Below are positions 49,481 to 62,335 of a stretch of DNA of 64,000 bases, piece after piece (the first letter of the stretch is position 1; every line of letters starts with the position of its first letter). Source of the DNA: Vicugna vicugna (Eukaryota). Where the stretch lies: positions 133,308 to 197,307 of the forward strand of contig MU061578.1 of the NCBI GenBank assembly GCA_013265495.1. The letters are read 5' to 3'. Position numbers and translations under genes: made by a program. Under the pieces are notes generated by a model that was given only the letters and a program-made list of their open reading frames with translations, ran no database searches and was not told where the DNA came from.

Positions 49481-50749
49481 ATAGCTAATGAAAAAGGAAT
49501 GGGCCAGAGCCTTTCACCTTATTAGGTACTTATCAGCTAGGAGAGTTCATAAATCTTTAAGAAAACCTCTCTTGTGGAGGCAGATTTGGTATGGGTTTTA
49601 CCTGATTCCTATGATCTTACATATGTCATGTGACTAATAAAATATTTTACCATTCTTTCAGTCAAAGGCTTTGCCTTCCGTCCTAAAGTCCCAGGGTAAA
49701 GGGGGAACGGGATGAGGTTTGACAGCTTTAGCATGGTTTATTACCTAACTTTTCTAGTAGATTTATTTATTCCACAAACATTTATTAGTCACATACCTAG
49801 GTATAGGGTACTTTCCTAGACACCGAGGACCTAATGGTAAGATAATACATATAAAGTCTTGATTGTCAGCGGTTTGTCAGTTCATTGATGGAAGCTGCCC
49901 AGGTTCACCCATGCTGGTACTTCCATGGACCTATCATGGTATCTGCAACATGGTGGATACTCAAATAATCTTTCCTCAATAGATGAATATGTACAAACCT
50001 CTCATCCTTCTAACCACTAACACAAAGTTGCTGAGAGGCTGAGCTCTTACTGGAAAACCTTCTCAAAACACGAGAAAACCTATTAGTCAAGACCAGCAGT
50101 CAAGGCTAGGAGGAAGAAATAGGATTCAAGACTACATTTCACCATGAAGTATTCTTTAGAATGTAAAATAAAAACAAATAGAATTTTATTAATCTATTTT
50201 CACCTACAGCCTGGAAAAGCCCTTATGTCAAAAATATCTGCCTCTAAATTATGCTTTGTCTTCCCATTATAAATTTTATTAACCACTCTTTTATTAGCAA
50301 TCTTATTACAGTTGATCTGCACATGAATAGAAACAATTTACAAATGATCAGGGTTGGATTAGAGAAACCATAAACTCAATGCAAATTGTTACAAATTATT
50401 TACTGGCTTAGCACAAATCTGCATATAGATTGAGGAAGTCAATCAGAAAGGTACCTTCAGGTATTCTTCACAAGATATGATTGTGGAGATAGTTGCAGAC
50501 TGGTACACATCATGCAGAATAGAAATGAAAATAAATAGATTCATTTGTCAAATACACTTAGGTGTGGGTCTCCTCATTTAATCAGAACTCTGGAACACTG
50601 GATATCAGGGGAAATGGAAAAAAAGATAATGGAGGGGGCTTGAATGTGGGCTTACTCTTAAGTATAAAGTCAAGAATCAAAGAGATATAAAGGAATTTTG
50701 GAAAAGCAGAACGGAGAAACACTGCCCAGTACATCAGAGGCTGACAGAA

Positions 50750-50900
50750 TATTTCTCATGTTTCATCTCATTAATCTTTGAGCAATTCTGTGAAATAGGG
50801 AGGGACAGGACTGCCATTTCTCAGTTGATGGAACTGAGGTTTCATAATGAGGCTAAGGTCATACAGCCATCAGGACTTTGAATCTGCAACCTACACTGCC
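50750..50900 (-). mobile_element. MIR
   Basis: 'catctcattaatctt...gatggaactgagg...ctaaggtcatacagc'. Confidence 0.65.
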
Positions 50901-51854
50901 ATATTGTAGGATCCTATCAATGGAAGTGTCACCTATGTCCTTGGAACACAGGGTTTCTTTTTAGGGTTGGGGGTTCTTGGGAACAGCTCTGAAGTCCTAA
51001 CTCTGTGCCAGCACCGGACGACATGAACTAATCTAGCTCGTCCCTTTGCTTCTCCTTTATGAGAAGGCTGGCATGGAGAGGTGGCATGATTTAATGCAAA
51101 GAACCCAGGGTGGGGCATTTGGAGGGGTAAACTCTTCTATCCAACTTGCTATGCAACCGTGGAGAGTTCTTTTATCCTTTCTAAACTTGGTTTACTCAGG
51201 GGGATAAAATTAGGCTTCTCTAAATTCTCTGAAAATTTACTGAATTTCAACCCAAGCCCAAAAGATGTGAATAGTATGTATTCTCTACAGACCTATACCA
51301 GCCCTTGGCAAGGGGGAAGGAAACTGGGCAAAGTTGGAGATCCCACCTCATAGCCACACCTTTTGGTGATGCATTACTTATTTCTCCTCCCTAATATTTC
51401 ACAGTTTTCCTCCCTCAGTCAAAAGCTGCTCTTTGGTAGTTTTTCTTTCCTAGTAACTCAACTCTTCTTCCATGAATATTTGGCTTTTAACAGAGCTCAG
51501 TCTTTACCTAAATCATGAAGCCCTTCTTAGGGACATTTTGATCTTTCCATTAAATAGGAGAAGTTTTGGGGAACTCAGGGACTTCTCAGAGCCCTGAAAA
51601 TTCTGCTACATATGCAGCTATTTATTCTTTTAGATGCCATGGCCAGCACTGTGGAGTTGCAGGGGTGGGGATGCAGATGAGTGTGGTACCATTTCACCTC
51701 TTCCATGGAAGAAACTTTATCTCCCCTTCGCTGCCATTGCATGATACCAATGACAAGCGTAAGAAATACTAAAGTGGGAGACATTCTCCCCCTTCTATTT
51801 CTTTACCACCTGGGGGACCCATATCACTTCATATGAAAAATGAGCATAACCATA

Positions 51855-52110
51855 ATATTGATGGTGACAAGAGCCACATTAAAAAAATGTTAACCATGGG
51901 CCAGGCATGAGCTCATAGTTTTATAAGCTTTATTTTACTGAATGTTCACAATAGCTCTGTGATCTGAGATTCCATTATCATCCCATTTTACACACACGGA
52001 AATAGAGATTTGATTGGGGAGAAGGATGATTCATTTAATTATACACAGCTAGGAACTGGAAAAGATGGGACTCTATCTCAGTTCTGTCTGACTCCAAAGC
52101 CCACATCCTC
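51855..52110 (-). mobile_element. MIR
   Basis: 'cattatcatcccattttacac...ggaaatagag...acacagctaggaactgg...tctgtctgactccaaagccc'. Confidence 0.75.
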
Positions 52111-52741
52111 CACCAATAAACTATATTAATTTCATAAGTTTGAAATACATGAGAATGGACCAGATAACATTTACAGATCTTTTCCATCTCCAAGACATAA
52201 TTGATAAATTCTTAGAGTTGGACAATTCCTTTGAGAACTTCTGGTCTAACAACTTATGTTGTAGATACAGACACTGGGGCAAAGAGACAGGAATGTTTAC
52301 AGACACATATGAGGAAAAGGGCATTGGGAATAACACTGGGACCACCAGGCGAACTGGCAAGCAGAACATCTTGACTTTTCTCTCATCCAGACCCTCCACA
52401 CACACAGTGAAATGTTGTGTGGTGCACAACTCTGTTGGGTGCCATTTGCATTAATTGCTGATGATATACAGTCCCTTTCTTTTTTTCCGTTCCCCTATGC
52501 TGTCATATATGATGAGGATATTTTCTTATCTTCCTATAATTTTATTTCATAACCATTTTAAAGACAGAGGAAAGCTAGCACTCTCTTGTCTTGTTTCTTT
52601 TCTTTTTCCTGAAAGAGAAGCTGAGAGCTTGCAGATACTAGGGCTGCTGGCATCACTGACTTTGGAGGTTGCTAGCTAATCAATCAGAGCTGCATTGTGA
52701 ATGCTGGGCATGGATTTTCTTTTTTCTTTTCATTCTTTGTG

Positions 52742-52791
52742 GTGTGTGAGTGTGTGAGTGTGTGTGTGCGTGTGCGCGCATGCGCGCGCAC
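52742..52791. repeat. Alternating purine-pyrimidine (TG/CG) tract
   Basis: gtgtgtgagtgtgtgagtgtgtgtgtgcgtgtgcgcgcatgcgcgcgcac. Confidence 0.9.
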
Positions 52792-53494
52792 CCACATTTG
52801 CATACAACTTTGGTGCCTTTCCACCTGCAAAGGACTTGAGAGCTGGATGTAATTAAACAGCAATAATCTACTGTGTTCAGCCTTGCTTTGTACACAGATC
52901 TTCTCCCTTGCTCCATTTACACATGCCCCTCTAGCTCTGTGTTCTTCATTCATTAAAAATCCTGGCACCTGGAATGTTTCAGAGTTTGCTGACTGGTCTC
53001 CCCAAGACCACGATCTGGAGTCTGGGCCCCTTAAGGAATTCCGTGCGGCTGTTAGCAATCTTCTAGGCCGCACTGAGGTTATTCAGAATGAACTGAGCAA
53101 AGTCAATAGGACCTCTGCAGGGACTTCTGGTGGAGACGCCAGTAGCTAAGACTTTGTTCCTCTCGGATAGCTTAGCCAAAGTCCTCAGGAGTTGAATTCA
53201 GATCAAATTGAAAGGTAAACTAATTATAGTGGGGCCATTTGTGCTTTTGTGGTTTAGCTTATGTCAGCATTTCTAGGCTAAACTGACTTCTCTGGGGATT
53301 TCAAACTCTGCTTTAAATGTCTTTTTTTTCGCCCTGATTACTATTCTCCCTCGTTCTGAATCTAGTTCCATTACAGGTTCTGATATTTAGACAAATGGAC
53401 TTTAGCACCACTCTTATGTGTGGCTCAGGTGCAAATCTGTTTCATAAACACACACACTTATTAACAAACACAGACGCTGTCCTCTTTGAAGATG

Positions 53495-54000
53495 GTTTCA
53501 GTTGTAAGTGACAGAAGCCCAAATTAAAGTGGCCAAAAGGAAATGTATAGATTTGTGTGAGAAGTCCAAGGGTGAACGTGGTTTCAGGCTGTCTGATCCC
53601 TGAAACTCAAATGCATTGTTAGGACTCTGTCTGACTCTGCATTTCTCACACCTGCTTGTCTCAACCTGACATCCTTTTTCACAGAGGAAATCACTCCATA
53701 ATAGGTAAGATGGCTGCCAGTAGCCATGGAGTAGAAAGTGCTCTTCCTCATTATCCCTGAGAAAGATAATGATTGGCCTTGCCCATATCATGTGCCCAAC
53801 CCTGAGCCAATCACATTAGCTATGGGAAGGATTGGGGATTGGCCAGCCTATGGACACACCTAGGGAGTATGACTGACAGTCTAGAACTGTGCCATTCCTG
53901 AGCCAATCACAATAGCTCGGGGAGGGATTAAGGAATGGTCAGCTTGTGCTACACACCTAGGGAGTGTGATTGACAGTTCTTCCAGGACCACAGGAAGCAG
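53495..54000 (-). mobile_element. Old MLT1K/L-like LTR with an internal 97-bp tandem duplication
   Basis: 'ttcagttgtaagtgacagaagcccaaattaaagtggc', 'aagatggctgccagtagc' and 'ccctgagccaatcac' twice. Confidence 0.7.
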
Positions 54001-54024
54001 AGAAATTAGGGCTCTGTTGCTTCC

Positions 54025-54200
54025 TGGTGGTGTGATTGGGCAATGATCTTAACGTCTCTGCTTTTTAGTTTCTCCAACTGTGGAAGGGGTGGCATACCAT
54101 TCATCTTACAGGGACCATTAAGGAGGAAATGAAATAATGATACATATAATAGCCACTTATAGAGGAGTTACTAATGGTAGACACTAGACACTTAATAAGC
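54025..54200 (+). mobile_element. MIR
   Basis: 'gggcaatgatcttaacgtctctgctttttagtttctccaactgt...aaatgaaataatg'. Confidence 0.65.
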
Positions 54201-55629
54201 ATTTTCTTAGTGAGCTAGTCATCCCTAGAGCACGCAGCATGGAATGTAAATAAAAAGGTCCAGTGTTCATATATGTGCGCAAAATAAGCAGGTTTCCTTA
54301 TTACTCAGAGTCTTTAGCATGAATATCCCAAATCAATTGTCAAACCAATTTTAACCTGGATGAATTCTCTTAGGATAATAGTATTTTACATGACCCAGTT
54401 TTAGAAACTTGCTTTCAATATTCTAAAGTCTAGATTCTAACTAAAGGCAGACCAGAGAGACTTGTACCTGGCATGCCTTGGTTTGGCCTGTCCTAACTAT
54501 CTGTACTGAATTTCTATTTGACAGAAGTTTCACTGTGAGATAATACGAAACCTAGAATTACAACCAGTTAATGTGTTTATTGTGGGATGTGGTTGATGTC
54601 ATAAAACAGTGTTCCCATCAGGACAAACTGCTCCCAGGCTTTGGTAGCAGACATGTGCACCTCACCCAAGCAGCTAAACTTTAATTTTCTGGGAAGTGTT
54701 TCCCTCTTTGCTTTGGCTGCCAGGAGGCTCAAAGCCAAATGAAACCCCACTTCCAGCAAGTGGACAGAACTTTCGCCCTTCATTTTGTGTTTAACTCTGT
54801 CCCTGACTGTATCTTTCTTTCCTACTCCTCCTATTAGATTTACTCTGATTTTTAAAAATTGTCTTTTTCTTGTTTTATTTCTCTTTGTGAGGTTGGGATG
54901 GGGCTAAATAAATAAATAAAGGAAATAAATGCAGGTGGGATCTCAGTGGCCTTTTTCTGCAAAGATAATGTTGGCTGTGCTAATGCCCTTTCTCCTTCAC
55001 TGCTAACGTCTTGGCTCTGCTTGGAGCCACTTGTTCAATTACAGTGCCAAGCTCCTGTTTTACAAGGCTTCCTTTGAGCACATCTAATCAGGAACAGCTC
55101 CTCACTGCAGTCTCTTTGTTCATTGACTGGAACCTTGAATGCCTCGCTTTGCCTAATAAATAACCCAGGGGCTCAAACTTGGCCTTAGCCTTTATTTAGA
55201 AAATGGAACTGGCAAAGCTCTGAAGCATATTCAAAGCCAAGGCCTTTGGAAGGTCAGGCATCTCCCAGGCACTTCAGGAAGGTTGTATACTGCTCCGTTT
55301 CCCCACACATTTACTGGAAAAAAAATTTTTTTTTCATTGAGCACTCAGTGCTTTCTCTTAGCTTGGCACAGACAACACTGGATAAATCCCCTGGTGTAGG
55401 GATTATTCAGTGACTTGCTATTTCTACTCCTGGGTGTAGACTCAAAAGTTAATGCCGGCAATGTGAAGGGTTGGGTTAAGTTTAAGGAACCATCTGTGAA
55501 GTCCTGATTACTTTTACCCTTCTCTTTTTTTCCTACCTTGAACATCAGATGATAACTATAAAAGGGACTTGAAAAGGCAAGTGATATCTGTCAGAAAGAG
55601 GCCATGATCTAAATAAAACTGGTCCCATG

Positions 55630-56290
55630 CTGGCCTTAGACCTGAGTTCAGATCTTAGTTTCACTGTTAAGATGAGTTATGAGATCATGGATGGATTACC
55701 TTAAGTCTCCAAGCTTCAATTTCTGCCTCTCTAAAGAACCTCCCTTACAGTATTGTGAAATTAACTGAGATGTGTACCATCGCCTCCTACTGTCACTGAC
55801 CTGGTTAACTATCTCTCTGCTCTCTCTTGAACTCTTGGTTTAGGAGATGCTACCTGGTGTGAAGGCTTCCCTGATCTTTCTGGCTGGGGCACATCCGTTT
55901 CCTATAAGTTCCCACCATATGGAGTATTCTTCCTCCTGACACCTGATACAGTGGCAGCTACACATTTGCTCATACAGTCATTTAATGTCTGTTTCTCCCA
56001 TCGGACTGTACGCTCCATGAGGGCAGGAACTGGAGTGGCTTCTGTTCACTACTGTATCCCTAGTGTTTGCCTCTGGGATGGGGGCCTAAGAAGGGCTCAG
56101 TAAAGGGTGAGCAGTGAATGAATGAATAAAGACTGTAGGTTGATGGTCTCAATCAGGATCTGCAGACGGGAGAGAGGACGGTGCTAATTAGGGCATCTAC
56201 CACTGCAAACCAGGCACGGTACTACATGCTTTACCCAGGCCAACACATGTAAAATCCAGCACAACCCCATGAGGTAGGTACTGTGTTGTG
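55630..56290. mobile_element. Cluster: MIR (+), L2 3' end (+, to ~56130), MIR (-)
   Basis: 'gacctgagttcagatctt', 'gctccatgagggcaggaact...tgttcactactgtatccctagtg...tgaatgaatgaat' and 'cacaaccccatgaggtaggtact'. Confidence 0.75.
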
Positions 56291-57064
56291 TTCTTCTCAG
56301 ATCCCCAGAACCATGCTGAGCACAAATGTAAGGACCAACAAATGTGTTCTGAATTCAAACATTAAATAAATAAGCAAACACATCTCCATAAACATGTACG
56401 GACCCGGAAAGTCACCTACAAAAGAATTTCAACATTGCTGGGATGGAGGCTTGGGTGTTCCTGACATCCCACTTCTTGGAAATACCAGGCTAAAAATCAA
56501 CAACTCCTAACTTGAAACGCTGCCACCCCACTGCTTGCATACCTCCAGCTCATGTGAGACAGGTTGCTCTTTGCTTATTATCCATGTCTGCATATGGAGA
56601 TAATTGGGTTGTATAATATGGCACACAGACTAATCTGAGAATGATTTCTGCTGAATAGAAATTACTTATTTTGATTCCTCGGGGGTTTGTTTTGTCAAAA
56701 CTCGTGTAGTATTTAGCAAAGTAATCATTGTTCAATTGCCGAGCACAGGAAGTGTAAAATTATCCTAATAAGAATGAAAAGAATGAAGGAAAGGGGTGTC
56801 GCTGACCTCGTCAACTTGATTAGTGATGGTGTTTCATCACATTCTCAAGGCCTAACCTCAGATGCTGCCTGTGAAGATCACCATGTACCTCTTTATCTCA
56901 CCGGCCCCTAATTAGATATGCAGTTTGTCATATGGTTGTTCAACCAGAATAGAAACAAAAAAAAAAAAAAGAGAGAGAAGAAGAAGAAGAGGATATTACT
57001 GAAATTCTTAAGAAAACTGCTCTACAGCAAATCAATACCCCAACTGGAAGGGGAGTTTTGAAAG

Positions 57065-57520
57065 TAAGGAGACTGGTTTTCTATATATAGGTACATGCTG
57101 TGTGACCTTGAATTAGTCACTTAACCTCCCTGAACCCCAATTTCTCCTCTCTCAGATGGGGCCAGTAATAATACATGCCTTATATTCATTTGCCTCTTAT
57201 AGTCAGGATCCTGCTTTGTTCATCTGCCTCATTCTAGAGGGTTCTTGACCATTGTGGTCACTTCTTGCTTTGTGGGTAACTTGGAAGTAAAATACATCAT
57301 AGTGGAGATCTTGAGGCACCATATTAAAAAAAAATCCATGGAGGACAAATAATGAAGTTTTCCTTTAACATCTTCATGTGTAAATCAAATCAGTTAACAA
57401 GAGTGCTCCCTATAAGCTGTCTCATTTCATATATGTGATGTCATTCTGAGACGGAGCGAAGGGTCTTGCTCAAGGTCACACAAGAAGAAAAGTGGGATTC
57501 AAATGCAGGCCTCAGATCCT
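57065..57520. mobile_element. MIR (+, 57065-57180) and MIR (-, 57390-57520)
   Basis: 'gctgtgtgaccttgaattagtcacttaacctccctgaacc' and 'cttgctcaaggtcacac...ggattcaaat'. Confidence 0.7.
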
Positions 57521-57749
57521 CTATTTTTGTCTGTTGCCCCAACTGGTGCTGATAACATAGAGACCTTGTGATGGTCCAGATAAAGTGATTCTTCTATGTG
57601 TTTAAGGAACTGAGGTCAAGAGCTCTGAAAGGCGAGGCATCTTGACAGAATAACCTGTCTACATGACAGGTGTAGGAATAGTTAAGAGGACAAGCTCTGG
57701 AGTTTCAAAGCCTGTGTTTGAATCTTGGCTCTGACCCTCTTTAACTGTC

Positions 57750-58246
57750 TGTCTGACGAGGGTTAACATAAAGACTGCAAATTCTTTGCCACTATGACAC
57801 ATGGGTTTTATATTCTTTTGGTAGATTCAAATAGTAAAGTACAGAGGAAGTGACCCCATGTAACTTTCAAGACAAGGTCATGAAAGGCCAAGTAGCTGCT
57901 GTTGCTCTACTCAGAGGTTGCCATAGTGTGCTTGGACCACATAGAGAGGCCACAGGCAGTTGCTGCAGTTGACAGTCTCTCCTGGAGTTGAGCCTTCAGC
58001 TCATCCAGTCCAAGTGTCAGAAGTGAGTGAAGATACCTCCAGTTATTTCCAGATATCAGCCATCTGAGTCGCCCCCGATCCGATCCAGCCTTCCTGGCTG
58101 AGTCCCCCAACGTGAAGGAGCAGAGATAAACCATCTCTGCTGTGCTCCATCTGAATGCCTGACTCATCACACCTATGAGGATTACAAAATGGTTATTGTA
58201 TCACACCCTCAGGGTTGTTTATTAGGTAGGAATAATAACCAGAACC
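57750..58246 (+). mobile_element. MaLR solo LTR (MLT1H/G-like) inserted into a MIR (57680-58390)
   Basis: Perfect TSD CTGTC (57745-57749 / 58247-58251); ends 'aataataaccagaac'. MIR text 'tttgaatcttggctctg' before and 'catggtaagtgctcaatagatgttaa' after. Confidence 0.82.
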
Positions 58247-59439
58247 CTGTCTAAGTCTCAATATCCTCACCAGCATAAGAAAGATAATATTAATGCCTTT
58301 CTTATGAGATAGTTGATAATTGGACATCAGAGAGCCTAGCATCATAGCTTACACATGGTAAGTGCTCAATAGATGTTAATAACAATGGTACAATTGATGC
58401 TGTTATCATCATCTGTCCTACAGGGAGAAAATTTTCAGGCCATTGAGGATGGGAGTTAGGAAGCCTGGGATGGTACCTGGCTTGGGTATTGGAACTGGGA
58501 CAGGGGCTGCAGGCAGTGGGCAAAGAAGCAATAACAGCTGTCAGAGGCCTTTGTTATCTTGCCTCTACCTCCTGGGAAAGGATGTGGCCGCTACAAATTC
58601 CCATGGCAGGCAAAACCAGAGTATTCGCTATGACTTCAGCTGTTTCCCAAGGAGGCAACTTGGTCCATTCACACACCAAGCCATTCTGAATGATCACTAG
58701 CATGGTACTGAGTGAAGGAACTTCATGTCCCTAAGTTTCACCCCAAACGCCATGTTAATAAACTCCAGCAGCTTGGTCTGTGTACTCCCGGCAGCGAGAA
58801 ACTCAGCTGGGAATATTCACCAGCTATTCTCTCTCCCTCCACAGACCTCCTCAGTCTCTTGATGGATTCTCCTGATGTGTCTCAGCCTCAGCAGGAGGAT
58901 TCAGAATTTTTTTTCCCATAGAGGCCGGCTGTCCCCTGGGGTATCCAGCAGTGCTGCGAGGTCTCATTATTGAGCGCAGAACCTTCCACATTTGTTTCAG
59001 GCTGTGTTTGGTGGCATCTCTTTGCAGTAGAGATCTAGGCCATCTTTGCAGCTCCCCAGTACCTCACTAAGTCATATCACCTGCTTTTTCCTTGGTACAC
59101 AGATGCTTTGATTATAGCCAGGCTGTGGCTGGCCCAATATTTCTCACCCCAAACCAAATGCAGCTTTGAGAATGAGATTCAGCATGAAATCCTTCAAGCT
59201 GAGCCCTGGACATCTGCCCATTACCAGCTTTCCATCCTGGGATCCATAACATTGTGTCCCCTGCACTTGTGCTTGGACAGCTTGCAGTTATCACTCTCAA
59301 TTTTCTTCCTGTGGTGACAGCATATAAGACATGATAAACATTGGTCAGGAAAAAGTCAATCATCTATTTATCTGTTACAAGCGTACCAAGGCACCTTTCT
59401 TTGATGAGACAGAATCAAAGAGCTTAAAGGTATTTTTTT

Positions 59440-59660
59440 TGAGCTAATATTTCCTAAATGCTTCCAGTGTGTCAGACACAGATCTGAGTTCCCTGGGTTC
59501 TGTCATTGAATCTTCACAACAATCCATACTTCCAATGCCCATTTTAAAGATGAGTTAGCTGAGGCTCAGAGAGGAAAAGTAATTTGCTAAAGCTAGGAAG
59601 TTGTGGAGTTAGGAACTGCACACGGGTAATCTAGCTGCAGAGATCAGAATTGTTTTCTAC
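59440..59660 (-). mobile_element. MIR
   Basis: 'cccattttaaagatgagttagctgaggctcagagagg'. Confidence 0.8.
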
Positions 59661-60739
59661 TTTACATGCAGCCTCATGATCCCAGATACTTAAGCCCGCA
59701 CTTGCCCCACGTCACCCATGAAGGTGACTTCTGGTCTGATAACGGGTGTTACTCATTTCTTCGTTCCTTGAGCCTAATTCAAGGCCAAGATGACAGAAAG
59801 CACTGGACAAGTGTTTGTTGAATGGATGGGTGATTATGGAGGGCCAACAATGGTATTAATGGAAGAGGGACTCCTAATTGAGTATGTGGGTTATTCAGGG
59901 TCCATGAATACATGACGGTCCAGGGCTTTTGAGGGGTAATCTTAGTACAACTAAGCACAAACTTAGTACATCTTATTGCCATTCCAGTGGTACAATCCCA
60001 GTGGAACAGGAATAAGACAATAAAAGGTGAGGGGGTGGGGGGTTACTGAAAGATATCCCAGCCTCTCATGGAGACCGAGAGTACCACCTCTCAGCAAGAG
60101 TCAGGAACCAGGACTGGAAAATTGGAAAGCCAGCAGGACTCTGTTCTCCCTTCTATGATTCTCTCTGCATATCTGATCAGTTTTTCTCTCTCCACCAAGG
60201 GAATTTTTTTTTCTTTGCTTTGCTTCTTTGACCATCCATGGGCAAAGGATGACCTCCTGAATTTTCCTGTCTTAGTCCAATTTCCAATTCAAAATTCCTA
60301 GAAAAGAAAATCCAATTTCCCCAGATTGGCTGAGGTATTCATCACTGGTCTGATCACTAGTTACCTAGAAGGTGAGGAGTGTGATGTCCAGTACAAATCT
60401 GGTTGCCAGAAACCCTGTTCCTGAGGCTGAGGGAATAGTTTGGGAAGGGGCAAGATATGCCTAAATATGATACAAGGCTGTGCACCAGTTTCAAAGTATA
60501 TGTGACTTAGGATGGCTGAGTTAGAGAGTAAGAAAGTGCTTTGCTTACGTCACCCTTTCTTTGCAGTAGAAATGTGCCAGTGCACCTTAGGATATATGGT
60601 ACCCAAGAGAGGGTGCCCTTCAGAACGTGCCAAGACCAGCTGAGAAACCAGGAGATTTGGGGACCATCTTTAAAATTAGTTTTTCACCCTAGAGATACAT
60701 GGTGCTGTGTGAACAGTTTACAACAGTTACCTTAGAGAA

Positions 60740-61075
60740 CGCTCTGAGAGATACAGTCTTTGATGGCAGGGACTGTATTCAGTGTCATAATCTCAGCCTA
60801 CCTCCATGCCTGGAGTACAGTAGGTATGCATATTAGACTAGTAAGAATTGATTTGTGGGTTCTGACTGCATTTCAGGCTCTAACACCAAGCATGTTTTCA
60901 TTTAACCTTCATCAATAGGCCTTATGATTCCTTGTTAGAATTTTCTTCCCACTTTATTGATGAGGCATCAGAAGCTCAGAGAAGTTAAGTAACTTGACCA
61001 AGATCAGATGGAGCACATCACGGACTTTAAGTCTCAGTTTATGTGGATTTGTATCCCAGCCTCTTTTCACTACTC
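60740..61075. mobile_element. L2 3' end (+) then MIR (-)
   Basis: 'tttgatggcagggactgt...atgcctggagtacagtaggta' and 'ctcagagaagttaagtaacttgaccaagatca'. Confidence 0.7.
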
Positions 61076-62104
61076 CACCAAGTCTCTTCATCCAAAATGA
61101 ATGTCTTGCGGGGGAAAAAAAGAAAGAAAGTAATTTATCTTCCATGAGAATTGCTGGAGGAGGTGAGGGGCCTCCAGGTACCTGAGCACCAAGCATATGG
61201 GAGGAGATGTTGATAGAGATCTGGTCTAATTAAGCTCAGCTCTAATCAGTGGTGCTTTGGCTCTGGGAGTGAAAAGCCATGCATACCTAAAAACTCGGGG
61301 TAAACAGGGTGGATGCCAGGGCTGGCTCAGCTGACAGCAGGAAATCTAAAAAGGCAAGTTTAATTCCGATGAAGATAAAACACCCAGAGGACAGAGAGCT
61401 GATCTGCAAAGGATCAGTACTGTATCAGAGGAAGGGAGGATGGTATAAGAAAGGATGCCAGAGACTGGATGGGAGACAATGTGTTTGTATTCAGTGTGTA
61501 GATTCCACGGAAAGCTGAATTGCAGTAGATGTGATGAGAATTAAAACCATGAGCCTGTGTCTTTGAAAGCGTTTCCAAGGTGCTGGTGCTGCCATTCAGC
61601 TCTGATACTCCTTTTCTTGGAGCTTTCCTGATGTTGTTAGAGCATCCTAAGAGATACAAGAGTGGCTTTGCCTTGGGCCAGTCCCTGGGAAAAAGAAACC
61701 GAATTCCTCAATGGGCTTCAGAATGACCCCTTTAAGAAGTTATTATCAGACCAATTCATCATCCAGGGAATCCTCTTTATACAATTATTCTGGTTGGCTG
61801 AGTAATTACTGCTAAACTTACATGGTGCAGGCATGATTGGGGAAGTACTATTTGATTGGTTCTTATAAAACTGGTTGTTTGCATAAGTGCTATGTTTGGT
61901 ATGCTGGGGATCCAGTTCCTTGAATAAGGCAGAGTATGTGTTTTTTGAGAGTCAGTCTCCACATATGAAAAATCCTAACAGTCATCCTTAGTTCAAAGGA
62001 TTCTTGCAAGGATTATATGAAGTAATTGATGTCATCACCCAGCCCAATAAATAGTTCATGATGGTTCCTGAACTTACTGGGCTTCCCTCCAGAGGCATAT
62101 ATTT

Positions 62105-62335
62105 TGTTTAGCACTTACATCATGTTTACTAGGTGTTAGACATATTACAGGTATTAATCAACCCACTCTAGGCTCATACCAACCCTTGGAAGTAGGTATT
62201 GAAGTTGTCTTTGCTTTACAAATGAGGAAACTGAAGAACAAAATGTTGAGTCATTTATGTACAGCTAGTAAGTAGCAGAGCTGAGGCTTGAATCCAGACA
62301 GACTGATTTCTTGACTTGGAGCTCATAATCACTCT
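62105..62335 (-). mobile_element. MIR
   Basis: 'tttacaaatgaggaaactgaag...acagctagtaagtagcagagctgaggcttgaatccag'. Confidence 0.85.

Noticed and set aside
52140..52454. ORF with protein-like start (DLFHLQDIIDKFLELDNSFENFW)
   Set aside because: The segment resembles a MIR3/L3-type head ('ttagagttggacaattcctttgagaacttctggtctaac'); TTG start and no splice support.
53791..53977. CRISPR-like or other repeat-spacer array
   Set aside because: Only two diverged tandem units inside an LTR in eukaryotic DNA; no unique spacers or cas genes.
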